Shown: positions 1-11,984, numbered from the stretch's first letter. The stretch is 64,000 nucleotides of DNA from Lama glama (GCA_028534125.1 CM052845.1:6510001-6574000); one strand, 5' to 3'. Program-made: numbers and translations. Notes: generated by a model from the sequence alone, not told the origin.

Positions 1-659
1 ACCCACTTCAGCCTTTAAAAACTATGTTCTTGGGCAAAGCACTAAAACTCACCGAGAGTTGGTGTCCTTATTTGTGGGAACTGAGAATAATAATAACCAC
101 CTTGCCTCTTTTACAAAATGGCTAATAAGATTGAATGGAGTGATAATATCGAAAACCCTTTTGAAAATGCGTAGGCTTTATACTCACTTAGAGTGGTAGT
201 GTTATTTTATTACCCGATCTGGGTTACATTAATTCTAGTTATAACAAATTGCTTTTGCATGTAAAATGAAAAATTGATAATCCCTGTGTTATAAAAGGGA
301 AAGAAATATAATGATAGTTAACGTTTATTCTCTCCTGTGAAGAAACTGAGGCTTTGAAGAATTTAGTACTTTGTCCACATTTACCTTACACATCAATGGC
401 AGGGCCAGGATTGAGGCCCAAAGTGCTGGCTCCCCGTTTTATGTGGTTAATAGCTACTAGCATCTTCTGAGTGGAAGGAAAGGCCCTTTTCAGGTTCTCA
501 GGGACTTTTGTTACTTTTTTCTCTGGGACACCATCTGACAGAGAGCTAGTCTACACAGGTTTTTTTTCTGTGATTTAGCTAGATAAGCTGTGAGTGTTAG
601 TATTATTATCTGATGGCAATTTTACAGCCTTAGGGTTAAAAAATACAAAAAGAATGTGG

Positions 660-1200
660 GAACTTCAGAGTCTAACTAGTTTCTGGTTGCCGTACTTTTA
701 AGTGTTATAATCTTGGGCAAGTTAGTTTACTTCCTTCAAATTCATTTTTCTCACCCTTAGAAATGAGGCTAGAAGTTGCTACCTCATGGAGTTGTGGGGA
801 GGACTGAATGAACTCACACGGTGCAAGGCCTGGTACAAGGAAGGGTCATAATAGGTCACTCAGCACGTATTAGTGAGCTCCTTTTCCTGGGCAAAGTGAG
901 TATTTCTCCTTGTGAAGTGCCAGTTGGTCAGGCAGCATCATAATTTATTTGACTTCAACTCCACTTGGCACTTAAAGCTATAATAAAAATTGTAATAAAA
1001 TTTAAGAAGGAGGATAGCAAACATTTATTGGATATTTATCATGTGTCAGGCTCTGAAATAAGCGTTGTACCAATTTTATCTCATGTAATTCTCACAGTAA
1101 CTCTCTGATTACGCACTATTATTATCTACATTTTGGGAATCGATTTATGGGAGAGGCTGAGGAGTTGAGATTTGAATCCCAGGGTGTTGAGCCTAGAGGC
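660..1200. mobile_element. Cluster of MIR fragments
   Basis: MIR core motifs (cttgggcaagttagtttactt, cctacctcatggagttgtg, aacatttattg...tctcatgtaattctcacagtaactct). Confidence 0.65.
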
Positions 1201-2203
1201 CATTCTCTTAGTCACTGTGGATTGCAGGACTTCTGTGGAGGAAAGAAGAAAAATGCACTTTGGGCTGTTTCTCAGTCCAAGAGTCATTTCGTTGCCAAGG
1301 GGAAAAAATATCCTGGACTTAAAAGTAAATCAAGACAGATGGCTGAGAGGGAAGCACACCTTTAAGATGAAGATTTTAACCAGAATTCTACATCATGTAT
1401 ATATTTCTCATTATATCCATATTTGAGAGGTGTACAGTCAGATCTTAGGGTCAGGTCCTCAGAGGGCTCCCTTCCTCTGGAATCTTCATCCTTACTCCAC
1501 TCCGAACTCCACAGGGCCATTTGCTCAAGACATTTGACTTCATAGAACCCTGGGAATAAAAAGCATCCTAGTTCAGAATAGTTCACTTAAAAAACTTTTG
1601 GGAAAGATCACCCATTTGGGATAGATGAAAATCTTATTTAAGACATCCCGAGAATCATATTACCCACACCACCCACTGCGTTGGTACACTCACCATAAAA
1701 GATGAAACAAATAAACCGAATTCCTTCTGTTGTGGCTGAAGTTCTTTTCCTTGGGGAGAGCTGGGGTCAGTCGATCATTTTCCATTTCTGATCAATGCCT
1801 GAGACTTTTATTGATTTTCCCCTAATTTTTACAGGAATGGGTGGACAGTCCAGGCAATTTTCTGCTCCACTCCTCTGCTCCTTTGAAACCTGGATGGTAG
1901 GAAATGACTCCATGTCAGTGACCTTTGGGATTCAGGTCTGATGGCAGAGAAGATTAAGTGGGAGCAGAATTTTAGTCCCGGGACCTGACTGTTGATCGGT
2001 CACTCTCCTCTAGGGGACGGTATGACCTTGAGCAAGTGCTTTACCTATCTGGTCTTGTTTCCTGATCTAGGAGTGAAGCATTGGGTCTGAATGATCTCAA
2101 AGGTTCCTTTTAGTTTTGAAGTTTCAGATTTCTGCACGGTAACCCGTTAAGACTACATTTATGAAATCTGCGCTATGGCTGAACTATTATTCGTTTGTGA
2201 CAG

Positions 2204-2475
2204 ATTTCTATGGATGCCTTCTGGTTTAAAGAATCTCCAGCTGCTCTGATGATAGTTTAAGAAGACTGCATGCTGTTCCCTTTCAGTGCCAAGCCAGGCC
2301 CACTCAGAACCTCGGATCTCAGCCCTTCATGGAGGCCAGGCCCCAGCAGGAACGGCGGTGGAGGAAATTGGCACCCAGATGGTTGCTCCATGTGAAGCTG
2401 TCGTGGGCTGCGGGCCGACTAAGGAACACCTGGTAACCAGGCGAGCCCTCTGTCAGTCACCCAGGGCCGGGCGGC
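2204..2475 (+). other. FUT10: 5'UTR part of FUT10 exon 2 (acceptor at either 2203/2204 or 2286/2287)
   Basis: Two candidate acceptors: ttcgtttgtgacag|ATT and tgttccctttcag|TGC. In-frame TAA at 2434-2436 lies upstream of the main ATG. Confidence 0.55.
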
Positions 2476-2556
2476 ATGGTGCGGGTTCAGAGGAGGAAGC
2501 TTCTGGCGTCTTGCCTGTGCATCACAGCTGCCGTCTTTCTGCTGGTCACACTCCAG
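2476..2556 (+). CDS. FUT10: FUT10 first coding exon (exon 2): short basic tail plus signal-anchor, MVRVQRRKLLASCLCITAAVFLLVTLQ
   Basis: ATG in strong Kozak context (ggcATGg). Translation matches the recalled FUT10 N-terminus. Donor CAG|GTACCA, phase 0. Confidence 0.95.
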
Positions 2557-3326
2557 GTACCAGGAACTTGGGTCATATGGTGCCTTGCCAGCCTCCACCC
2601 CTCCTATCTAAGTACTTTACTCTTTTGCTTCATTCTCAGGATCAGGGTTTTCTGTCTAAGGCAGGGAAAAAACTTTTTTTTTTCTTTAACAGATGAAACT
2701 GGGGTTTAGTGAATGTGTGTGTCAGGCAGAAACAAAATCAGTGAGTTAGGGGATCAGTTTCTGAGCCTTGCCAGGGTCCTGGTTTTAAAAGGACAGAAGG
2801 TAGAACTCTGTCTTGCTGGTTCAAAGTTGAATGGTGTCCTCAAAGTCACAATCCCTCCTGGAAGATGGCATTCTCGGAGAACCAGTGACCGTTCTGAGGA
2901 CAGGCTGGTCCGTTCTGCAGAATACAAACTTCGGCGTTAAGAAATCTGTCTGTGTTAGGGTGAGTGAACTGAAAGGTTTCTTCACTTCTCCTATTCATGT
3001 CATTTAGTGGGTTATTCTGAACTTCATTTGCTGATTTCAAAGTGAAATAAAGATAAAAATCCAGTGAGAGTTATGGACCCTCCCCAGGGAGGTACAGACT
3101 CTGTCCCATGGGTGGGCAGGGGCCCTTTACTGACCCACAGGCAGCAAACCCATAAAGAAGGCACCCCCCTTGGCTGCTGAGAGTGGGGCCTGAGGGCCAC
3201 ACAGGTATGTGCGTCCTCTGTTGACTGGTAGACCAGTTAATACATGAAAATAGGCTTTCTTTTAATTGCTTTATTTGTTGCATAGTCTGACTACTAACGT
3301 TTTGTTATGTATGAAACATCAGCCCC

Positions 3327-3450
3327 GGGGGAGGGTATAGCGCAAGTGGTAGAGCACATGCTTAGCATGCACGAGGTCCTGGGTTCAATCCCCCGGAATC
3401 CCTATAAAAAAATAAATAGTAAACCTAATTACCTACTCCCCCCCTCAAAA
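3327..3450 (+). mobile_element. tRNA-derived SINE, Vic-1-like
   Basis: ggggagggtatagcgcaagtggtagag (A box), gggttcaatccc (B box), A-rich tail with aacctaattacc. Imperfect TSD gaaaca..agcccc. Confidence 0.9.
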
Positions 3451-3660
3451 GAAACAGACCAGCCCCTACCTTTACACTACTCTAACATACTTTTATAATG
3501 CTGTATCAACATCAGACCTGAAAGTTTGATGAAAATAAGCATTTTGGGAGAGCAAGTGCCCCTTCCACTCTGCCCACCCTGCCCTCCAGATGATGTTACT
3601 GGCAGCCCAGTTCTCCAGGACCCAGACTGTCCTGAAATAAATAAAAATACATGTTTTTCT

Positions 3661-3794
3661 GGGGGGAGGATATAGCTCAACTGGTAAAGTGCATGCTTAG
3701 CATGCACAAGGTCCTAGGTTCAATTCCCAAAACTCCCTCTAAAAATAAATAAATAGACCTAATTACCTCACCCCCAAATAAATAAAATTAAAAC
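3661..3794 (+). mobile_element. tRNA-derived SINE, Vic-1-like
   Basis: A and B boxes, A-rich tail. Perfect 16-bp TSD aaaaatacatgttttt at 3643-3658 and 3795-3810. Confidence 0.92.
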
Positions 3795-4104
3795 AAAAAT
3801 ACATGTTTTTAAGTGGGAGGGAGCCCAGTACTCATGGTCTACTTCACTATCTCCATGCCTAGGGGATATTATTATAAGTAGAAGACGCATGTCATGACCC
3901 CTTTAATTGTACTGAAAAGAAACCAGTTGGTAGTTTAGAACTCGTTTTCCTTAGAGTGTAACCTCCAGCAATTGCCAGGTAATACAGGTTTCTTTAAGGG
4001 ACAGAACCACTTCTGGATTCTGTATATGCCTATGGGATGGAGGAGAGATGTGTTTGTTATGCATTTAGTAGAATAAAACATCCTTGTTGATAGATGTTTT
4101 GGAG

Positions 4105-4567
4105 GCTGTGTCCCTAACCTTAGTCCCAGGGAACTGTGATGTTATTTGGCAAAAGGGATTTGGTGGATGGGATTACAGTGACACCCCTTGAGATGAGACA
4201 ATTACCCTGAATTATCTGTGCCGGGTCAGTGTAATCACCTGAGTCCTTAAAAGTAGGACTCTTTACTGGCCGTGGTCAGAGAGAGCTGTGGTGACAGAAG
4301 AAAGATCAGAGAGATGCAGCACTGCTGGCTATGAAGGTGCAGGTTGAGGGTCACGAGCCAAGAATGTGTTTGGCCCTAAGAGAAAAGCTCAAAAATGAAC
4401 CCCCCATCAGTTTCCTGAAAGGAACTTAGCCCTGCCGACATCCTGTCGTTAGCCCAGGGAGACCCATTTCAGACTTCTGGCCTCCCAGAATTGTAAGATA
4501 ATAAATTTGTATCATTTTGAGTTGCTGAGTTTGTGATGATTTGTTAGGGCAGCGACAGAAAACTAGG
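4105..4567 (+). mobile_element. MaLR solo LTR (MLT1D-like)
   Basis: Typical motifs: atttggcaaaagggatt, gtaatcac..gtccttaaaag, cagacttctggcctcccagaattgtaagataataaatttgt, tttgttagggcagcgacagaaaact. Ends about 78 nt before the exon 3 acceptor. Confidence 0.85.
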
Positions 4568-4644
4568 AAGCGGCTAAAGGAGTGGGAGGCGTGCAGAAGG
4601 AAATTAATCAGTCTGACCCTGGTAATAATTGTCGTCTCTTTTAG

Positions 4645-4939
4645 GTAGTGGTTGAGCTGGGAAAATTTGAAGGGAAGAAGTTTAAAAATTCTAATTTGAA
4701 AGATGGACAGGCAAAAATGGAGGGCGAGCATGCACAGCTCCAGCCATTCTTTGAGAAAGAAGGACTGACCCCGAGTAGGCAAAAAACACTGACGACTGAG
4801 CGCTACCCCGTGATGCTCTGGTGGTCCCCGCTGACCGGGGACACCAGGAGGCTTGGCCAGTGCGGGGCAGACACTTGCTTCTTCACCATCAACAGGACCT
4901 ACCTCCATCATCACATGACCAGAGCCGTCCTCTTCTATG
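4645..4939 (+). CDS. FUT10: FUT10 exon 3 (295 nt): stem region and start of the catalytic domain, VVVELGK...YPVMLWWSPLTG...CGADTCFFTINRTYLHHHMTRAVLFY
   Basis: Acceptor ctcttttag|GTA, donor TATG|GTAAGC (phase 1). In frame with both flanking exons. FUT10/11-type LWWSP motif and an N-R-T sequon. Confidence 0.96.
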
Positions 4940-6106
4940 GTAAGCTGCGCTTTTGCTTTTTGCCCCTTGTTTGCGGACATCCTGCTTCAAAGCTGATTCA
5001 CTGCTCTCCCGCCAAGGAGCGGGTGGTGGGGCTGCCCTCGAAAGCAGGGCTCTTTGCCTGAACCGTATTTACATCTACACTGTGACTGTAATGAAACCTG
5101 GATATTTGGGTTTTCGAATCGCTTGCGGTGCATTGTTTTTAACCAACTGAATTAGAAGTTCAGTTCATTAATGAGGTCTGTTGAGAAAAATAGAGTGAAG
5201 ACAGTACACTTTTCGGGCTGCAGCTTTCCAATTCTAACTAAGTAGGTCACATAAGCTGCAGATGGGACTCTGGTGCAGCAGGGTTGACAAAGAAAAGACA
5301 GGAAAATGATTCGGGTATCCAGAGCTGACCTAATTAACGAAACTGGAACCTCGAAGGATTATGCAACCGTGAAGCTTTTGTGGACCAGAATATTTTTGAC
5401 CTTGCTGCCTTTGTAGCTTACTTTTTCTTCTTTTTAGAGACGATTCACTTACTTAATGTAAACACATTTCTGGAGGTAATAATTCAAGACTTTCACCGAG
5501 AAATACAGTGAATCCTCTGTCTGGTTTGAGTCGTTTGAGATCACCAGTTCTCTGACACGAAAATTAAGCAGTCACAAGTGAATACATTATTTTTTAAAAA
5601 CAAAAGTCCATAGAGTTACAGAATTTATTCTTAGAAACCATCACCATAGTGATTTCAAAACACAACTCTGCGTTTTTAAGCAGCTCTCTTGAAGCTTGTC
5701 TGTCGTGATGGAGGGGTTGGAGTACCGTGGGGACAGTGAGGGTCGTTCGAGTGAGGAACTGCTTGTGTTTTAGGTGAGTTTCTACATAGAAGTTTTAGTA
5801 ACTATAGCTACATGGACAGAAAGAGGAAAGTCAGCTACTGAAATGTCTTCCCTGGGAATGTGGATGTTAGCACACCTTGATGAAGGCTGGGGGTCGTGAA
5901 TAGGAAGACCATGAGGTTGGTCTTCCTCACAGGACGAGTACAGCTCAGCTCTGAGACTGGATCCTGAGTGACTGGCATGGGGCCTGGTACCTGCGCCCCC
6001 AGGTGCCGGCTCCTTGTCCCCCTCCACAGATTCCAAAGCACTTTCTTGAATGTGATCTCATTTGCTTTTCAAAACTGCCTTGTGGGTGGGAGTTATATCT
6101 GTTTTA

Positions 6107-6461
6107 TTTTATTTTTAATTTTTCCCCCCATTTTTCAGTTCTTTAGGTAGAATTGTCACAATTTGCACATATACAATATATTGCATGTAAATACATATAC
6201 ACAATATGCTGCACATATTTTAAAATTTGCACATAAGTACTGTTCATTGTGTCTAAGAACGTTTAGAGCTTTAGCTTTGTAAACTTACATAGTTATCAAA
6301 GGAATAAAGCCAACCACAAAATAAGAATTAATTCAAAAAGATACATACAGCTCGCTATTAACAGCAACATTATTTATAATTGCCAAGATATGGAAGCATC
6401 CTAAGTGCACATCAATAGACAGATGGATAAAGAAGATGCAGCAGATACATAATGGAATACA
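6107..6461 (-). mobile_element. TSD-flanked retroposed insert containing an oppositely oriented L1 ORF2-end fragment
   Basis: 18-bp direct repeats at 6089-6106 and 6462-6479 (2 mismatches). T-rich left end. L1-like sequence at about 6330-6460 reads on the + strand. Confidence 0.7.
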
Positions 6462-7729
6462 GGAGTTATGTCTATTTTAATGGAGAGGAAACTAAAGCAC
6501 AGAGTTAAAAGGCTTGTCCTAGGTCACTTACGTGGGTGGTAGGAGCCAGGACTTTCTCCTAGTGAAAGGTGTGGGACAGAATGGTCTGAGTTACATTTCC
6601 AACTTTGGAGAAGACATAAAGGAATAATCAGAGGTAGGTCCTATTATTCAGGAAGACGTCTTGAAGGATGTGAGTTAGGAAGGTTTTAGAAGAGACGTGG
6701 TGGATACAAGGAGAGAGTGTGGAGGGCTCAGATACAGAAGAGTCATGAGTAGAGCAACAAGCATCAGCATTCTGGTAAGCTCTGGGGCCCAATATGTTAA
6801 TGAAAAGGTTTTAAAAATGTCTCCTAAGTTGCAGGGTCCCTACAGGCACCTGCTGTGGATTGCCAGGTCTCAGAGAGTTGTTGTGGGATGGGTTTAGAAT
6901 GTATGGTGCAAACACAGCAGACATTGGGGATTTCTCAGTGTCCTCGTGTACCTGCGTATAATGGGACAGGGCTCCCAAGGTGGGTCCTCTCTGGGAGCCT
7001 CATGCCTCAGTGTCTCCTCACTTTTTCCAGTTCACCAAGCAAGCATCGGCCAGACCTTAAAGAACCACATGGTGTTGATCTAAATAGGAGATTCATGCTT
7101 ATACCCCAAAGCTGATTTATTAGAGTGTTTTCTTCACAGTAACGGGAGTACTGCTGTTCATTATTCAAGGTGCCTCCTCCCAGTGGTCAAGTTAGCCAGA
7201 AAATGGAATGAGAATCATAAGGCTGCTTGGTGAGCTTGGAACTAGAGTTAGCATTTTGCTGGTCTTGAGGACTAGATCATGCAGAAAGGACATCGCCTGC
7301 TTGGCCTCCTCTGTCTCTAGCAGACTGTTGGTAGTTGTGGTCACTGTCATTATGGGTCCCCACTCTGTGCCGGCCACCAAGGATCCACTTTCCACATGTT
7401 CTCTTATTTAAAGTCACACCACGCTGTGTGTCACCCTTGGTGTCATGACCATGTTAGAGATGAGAGAACGGGCTCAGAGAATGGAGCTGACTTGCCCAAG
7501 GTCACATAGATGGTGGGTGCCTGGTCACGTACCCAGACGGAACCTCTGATTCTACACTTGTGCCCTGCTTACTGATGTTCCACCACACTGTCTGCACCGG
7601 GGGCCAGAGCCAGCGTCTTTCTCCTTTAGAAATGCTGGATGAACAGTGAATCCTGTTACCACCATCTCGCCATCTCCCAGGTTTCACGCAAGCACTGACG
7701 CTTTTGTTTACTCATTTCCTTTTAGACAC

Positions 7730-7770
7730 TTCATTCATTCATTCATTCATTCATTCATTCATTCATTCAT
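7730..7770. repeat. (TTCA)n microsatellite, about 10 units
   Basis: Directly visible tcattcattcatt... run, typical of an L2 tail. Confidence 0.95.
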
Positions 7771-8969
7771 GGCCTGTGTGGTGAGCAAGCATGATGTCCG
7801 GAACGAGATGAACACACATTCTTCCTTTATGCTTCTTCCTGTGCCTTGAAGACCTCGTTCAGGGGGTTAGTCTTCCCCTGACTGACTGACTAGCTGAAGA
7901 GCCCCAGCCTTTGTGCTCACTGTCAGGGAATGCACAGTAGTTTTCAGAATTATTCGGTCAGGCCTGGGCGTTCTCTTCCCCGTGTTTCTGGCTTAGCCTC
8001 CCCCACCCTTCCTGACCCTCTCTGGTCTTTGAGGGCATGTAGGAATATAAAAAAAAGGAGGAACAGAAGCGGCTGAAAATCTGCACGCCCGTCTCGGGTC
8101 AGGCTCCAGAGTCTGAAAGGAAGCGCAAAAGTGATGAGTGCCAAGAGTCGGGCGCCCTCCTGCTGGCTGGCATCAGGAGGCAGGGACAGACTGCACTCCC
8201 GTAGCTTCAGCAGTTTGGGCCAGTGGCTCCGCTGGCGCCCATCCAGTCCTTGGCAGATTCTCTGACACCCGCTGAGACCGCCGAGACCACCCGGCAGCTC
8301 ATTCTTCAGAGCAGACAGCCACACTTCGCATAGGCACCCAAAATAAGACCAGGCAGCTTTAATGGATGCCTTCTCTTTGCTTTTAAAAATTAAACAAAAC
8401 AAAAGCAACTGCAGCTGAAGGGTAAGTACAGCAAAAGATTTCAAAAGTTTTCAAAGAGTTGACATTCACAGCTTGATCCACCGCATCTAGATAAGTTCCA
8501 GGGCACAGACGGGAGTGTCCTGCCCTTCGAGAGGTGGGGGTTCGGTGGGGCAGTCACCTGCGTGTTGCACAGGAATGGCCAGCGTCTTTCTGTTTGTCTG
8601 TCAGCTAGCTTTGTGTTATATTGCTGCATAGGCTGGAAATCTCCTGAAATATTAAACACTATTAGTGAAAAAAAAATGACCTCTCTGGAGGAAGGAAGTA
8701 AACTCCTGGCGCTGAATAACAGAACTGAAGACAAAGCGGAGTGTTTCAGGGAACAATGGTTACCCGGCAGAAGTTAGCTATTGAGAAGGATTAAGAGTAG
8801 AACACTGGACCAACTTTACGCTTTGAGTCTGTGTGAAATAGACCATAATACTGCATTTTTTTGAGGAATTCAGTGCTGTGTATGGTATTTGTGATTTGGG
8901 AGCATTTGAGAATGTCTCAGGATGTATCCCTCGCCGATATCGGGGCCTGTACCTTATTCATCTGTGCAG

Positions 8970-9900
8970 CTGGCATCTAAGAAACATTTACTCTGTGTGC
9001 AGCCATGTGCTGGGTGCAGGGTTACAGTGGTTCTGGGACCTGGTTCTGTAAGCTGGTCTACAACATGCTCTGCCCTCAAGGAGCTCGTGAAATGGGTAGA
9101 TAGGACGCTCCCAGGCAGGGTGGTCAGGGAGGCCTCTCTGAGGACAAAGCATTTGAGACTGAGGCTTGAAAGATGGGAGGAAGGTGGAGGGAGTTCACTT
9201 CAGGCCCAGGGAACAGCTGGCACAAGGGAGAGCGGGAAGGAGTTTGATGTGATGGAGGGTCAAGGAGAAGGCCGCTGGGCTAGGTGCCCCGTGGGTGCAG
9301 AGGAAGACAGTACAAGATGAGATCTGGATGGGAGATGGGGGCCGGGTGATAAAAAGCTCCCTAAGACAGGTGAGCGGATTGGGTATGTTTGAAGGGCAAT
9401 GGGGAAAGAAGAGGTTTTTTTTTTTTTAAAGTTATCTTTTTATTGGCTCCAATTTCTCTCTTTCCATACTTTTAAAAAATTTATGTATTTATTTTGTGGG
9501 GGAGGAGACAATTAGGTTTATCTAGTTGGTTATTTAATGGAGGGACTGGGGATCGAACCCAGGACCTTGTGTATATTAGGCATGTACCCTGCCACTGATC
9601 TATATGCCTCCTCTGCTTAGAGCAGAAGATTTTAAGCAGGGTGCTGTGCTCTGATACTTGTTTTGTTCTGTCCTGATTTATGCTTTAAAAAGATCCTTCT
9701 GGCTTCTCCTTGGAGAATGGATTAGAATGTGAAAGAAAAAGCAAGACACTGTTTCTGTTAAACACGGGAAGCGATGTTGCTCCTGATGAAGGTGGGAGCA
9801 GTGGAGAAAGAAATGGGTAGATTCGAGTTGGGATTTCAAGGTAGAATTGATGTCCTGGTGTCTTAGTGGGATCTGTTTTCTTTATGCAGGTGTCCAAGGA
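8970..9900. mobile_element. Old L2 LINE fragments interrupted by a SINE
   Basis: Degenerate L2 motifs (ctgccctcaaggagctc, ggtcagggaggcctctctgagga, ttttaaaagatccttctggct). Confidence 0.6.
9485..9613 (-). mobile_element. tRNA-derived SINE, Vic-1-like (diverged)
   Basis: aattaggttta...ttaatggagggactggggatcgaacccaggacc...ccactgatctata, the reverse complement of the same family. Confidence 0.85.
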
Positions 9901-11984
9901 GAAGCATTCACTGTGCTTATTGACTTAACTCCTTGGCCTCACAGACACTTAGTTCAAACTCACGTTACCAACTTACCACAACTGTGGTGCATGAAAAAAC
10001 ACAAATGCAGGTGTTCCTTTCCTTCTTGATGGGTGAAAAAAAAGTCCATAAATGACTGATCACTAAATATTTTGCTCCCATAGGCATGTAAATATTTAAT
10101 CCTTAAGGTTATTGATATCTGCGTATTTTACTGTCCTGAGTACAGACGTCTCAATTTGACATCCAGATGACTGGTGACTGTATTTCAGTTCACGTGAGGA
10201 GCAGTAATTAAAATCTAAGTGTGCAGGGGTAGTGATCTGACTCACTGCCAAAACTTTAACGTCTACAAATGTGAATGCAAATTAATCAGACTCATTCATC
10301 TACTGGTGAAGCCATTGGCATTTAATCTGTAAGTCTAGGAGAAAAACATGCAGTATCATTTATATGGGTTACACCCTGTCCCGCCCCTTCTAAGAATCCT
10401 GAGTTACCAGGAAAAATTAAAAGGAAAACACAGCATTTTGTTTCCCATCCCATAATGAGGTCCAGGATCTGTGTTCTTTACGAAGCTTCCCGGGAAGCCG
10501 TGATGGGGCCAGTCTGGGGGAGAGGAGTACCGGGGACAGCGCTCAGATGATCTCTCCGGTGGCTTCCACCACTAACATTTTATGACTTAATGTGAAATCT
10601 CTAAGTTCCATCGTGGGAATCTGTAGATGTGTCTTTGCTTTTGTATCCTGTTGTCACTGATGTACACCTATGATTTATTCGATACTTAGTCTTTGGTAAC
10701 AGAATATCCAATTATGACATTATGCCTCTGGGAAAATAAAAGCCCCTTTAAAGACATCTGCCTTGTGACAATGTTTCCAAGAATGTTTTATGTTGAGACT
10801 GGAAAACTGTAAGTGAAAATGTAGATTTTGATGATTCCTTCAAAGGAATTGTGCAAGTAGGGTGTTCTTTTAGCCACATGGGCACAATTTAGTCTTTTGG
10901 GGGTACTTAGTTATTGGACCAGGTGATGCCTGAAGGTATCAGGACCAGGGACCTCTGTTAGACTGTAAGATTTTCATTATTTAGCTGATGCTGAGCAAAA
11001 GCATGGCGCCAGGAGGGACGAGATGGAAGTTTTTCTCTATTGTCTCCACCCAGCAGCACATCGACCTAGAATGCACATCCTCGGGGGACGTGGGAGAAGG
11101 AGTCTGCCTGTTGCTGTAAAACGATTGAGTGAGGCTGGCAGGGGAAGGGGGGAGCAGGGGTTCAAGGTCATTTGACTCAGCTGTCTGCTGCTGTGCACAC
11201 GTTCCTAGATTCCTTTAAAACAATCCCTTTAAATTCCCCATTGATCGATGACTAAAGCTCCTGGTTTCAGACACTCAGGTCTTTGCTACGTGATCAGCTT
11301 GCGTGTCCCATTTTCTCTTTACTCTCAAGGCAGTGAAACTCTAGTTTGTATTTTCATACGTGACATCAAGCAGTCTGCAGGCTTCCTGGTTAAGCTGTCC
11401 CACAGTTTGAAGTGAAGGCGAATGCTCACACTCTGCTTTCTAAAGTTGCCTACTTTCTGCCTCTAAACTCAGCTTTCCTAACACTCCCTGGCCTGGTCAG
11501 CAGTGTAGGGAGAGGAGATGAATGCACAAGGATGAAAGGAGAATTTTTGCTTTTCGTGGCAACCGAGTGACTTCTGCCTTTGCTCATCCTGTACCTTTGA
11601 CCCCTTAGCCAGTGCTCTGTCTTAAATGACATTTGGTGCCAGGACACCACGAGGCTCATATAAGGAGTTGACTTTCTAGGTCACAGTCTGTGAAAGGATG
11701 GTTGGTCATGGCATTGGGGGCATGGTGGTGGTGAGTCTCAGCACATGTGAAAGATTTGCTGGGCTTAAATATGAACTAGATTATTTCTTTTCATTTTTGT
11801 TAAGGTCGAGTATTTCTCCTCCTTGTTCTCTGTACTCATACCTCCTCTGGCCAGCATTTTTGTCCTTGTCTCCTCTTCCTCCTCAGTTGCTCCATGCATT
11901 TCTGTCATGAACTATAGAAAGTATATATCTCCTTGTAATCTAGGTTCTAGAAAGACTAAAAGGGGCATTTCTCCGTGGATTTCT

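Noticed and set aside
1-1800. FUT10 promoter or exon 1
   Set aside because: No CpG island or convincing promoter in this AT-rich, MIR-rich stretch. It probably lies upstream of the window.
3327-3400. tRNA-like sequences with A and B boxes (also at 3661, 20761 and others)
   Set aside because: SINE heads with A-rich tails and TSDs, not tRNA genes.
4645-4648. Second AG four nt inside exon 3 (tag|GTAG)
   Set aside because: Would shift the frame. The upstream AG gives the correct FUT10 frame.
4426-4980. 184-aa antisense ORF over exon 3
   Set aside because: Runs from the exon shadow into an MLT1 LTR with no recognisable homology.
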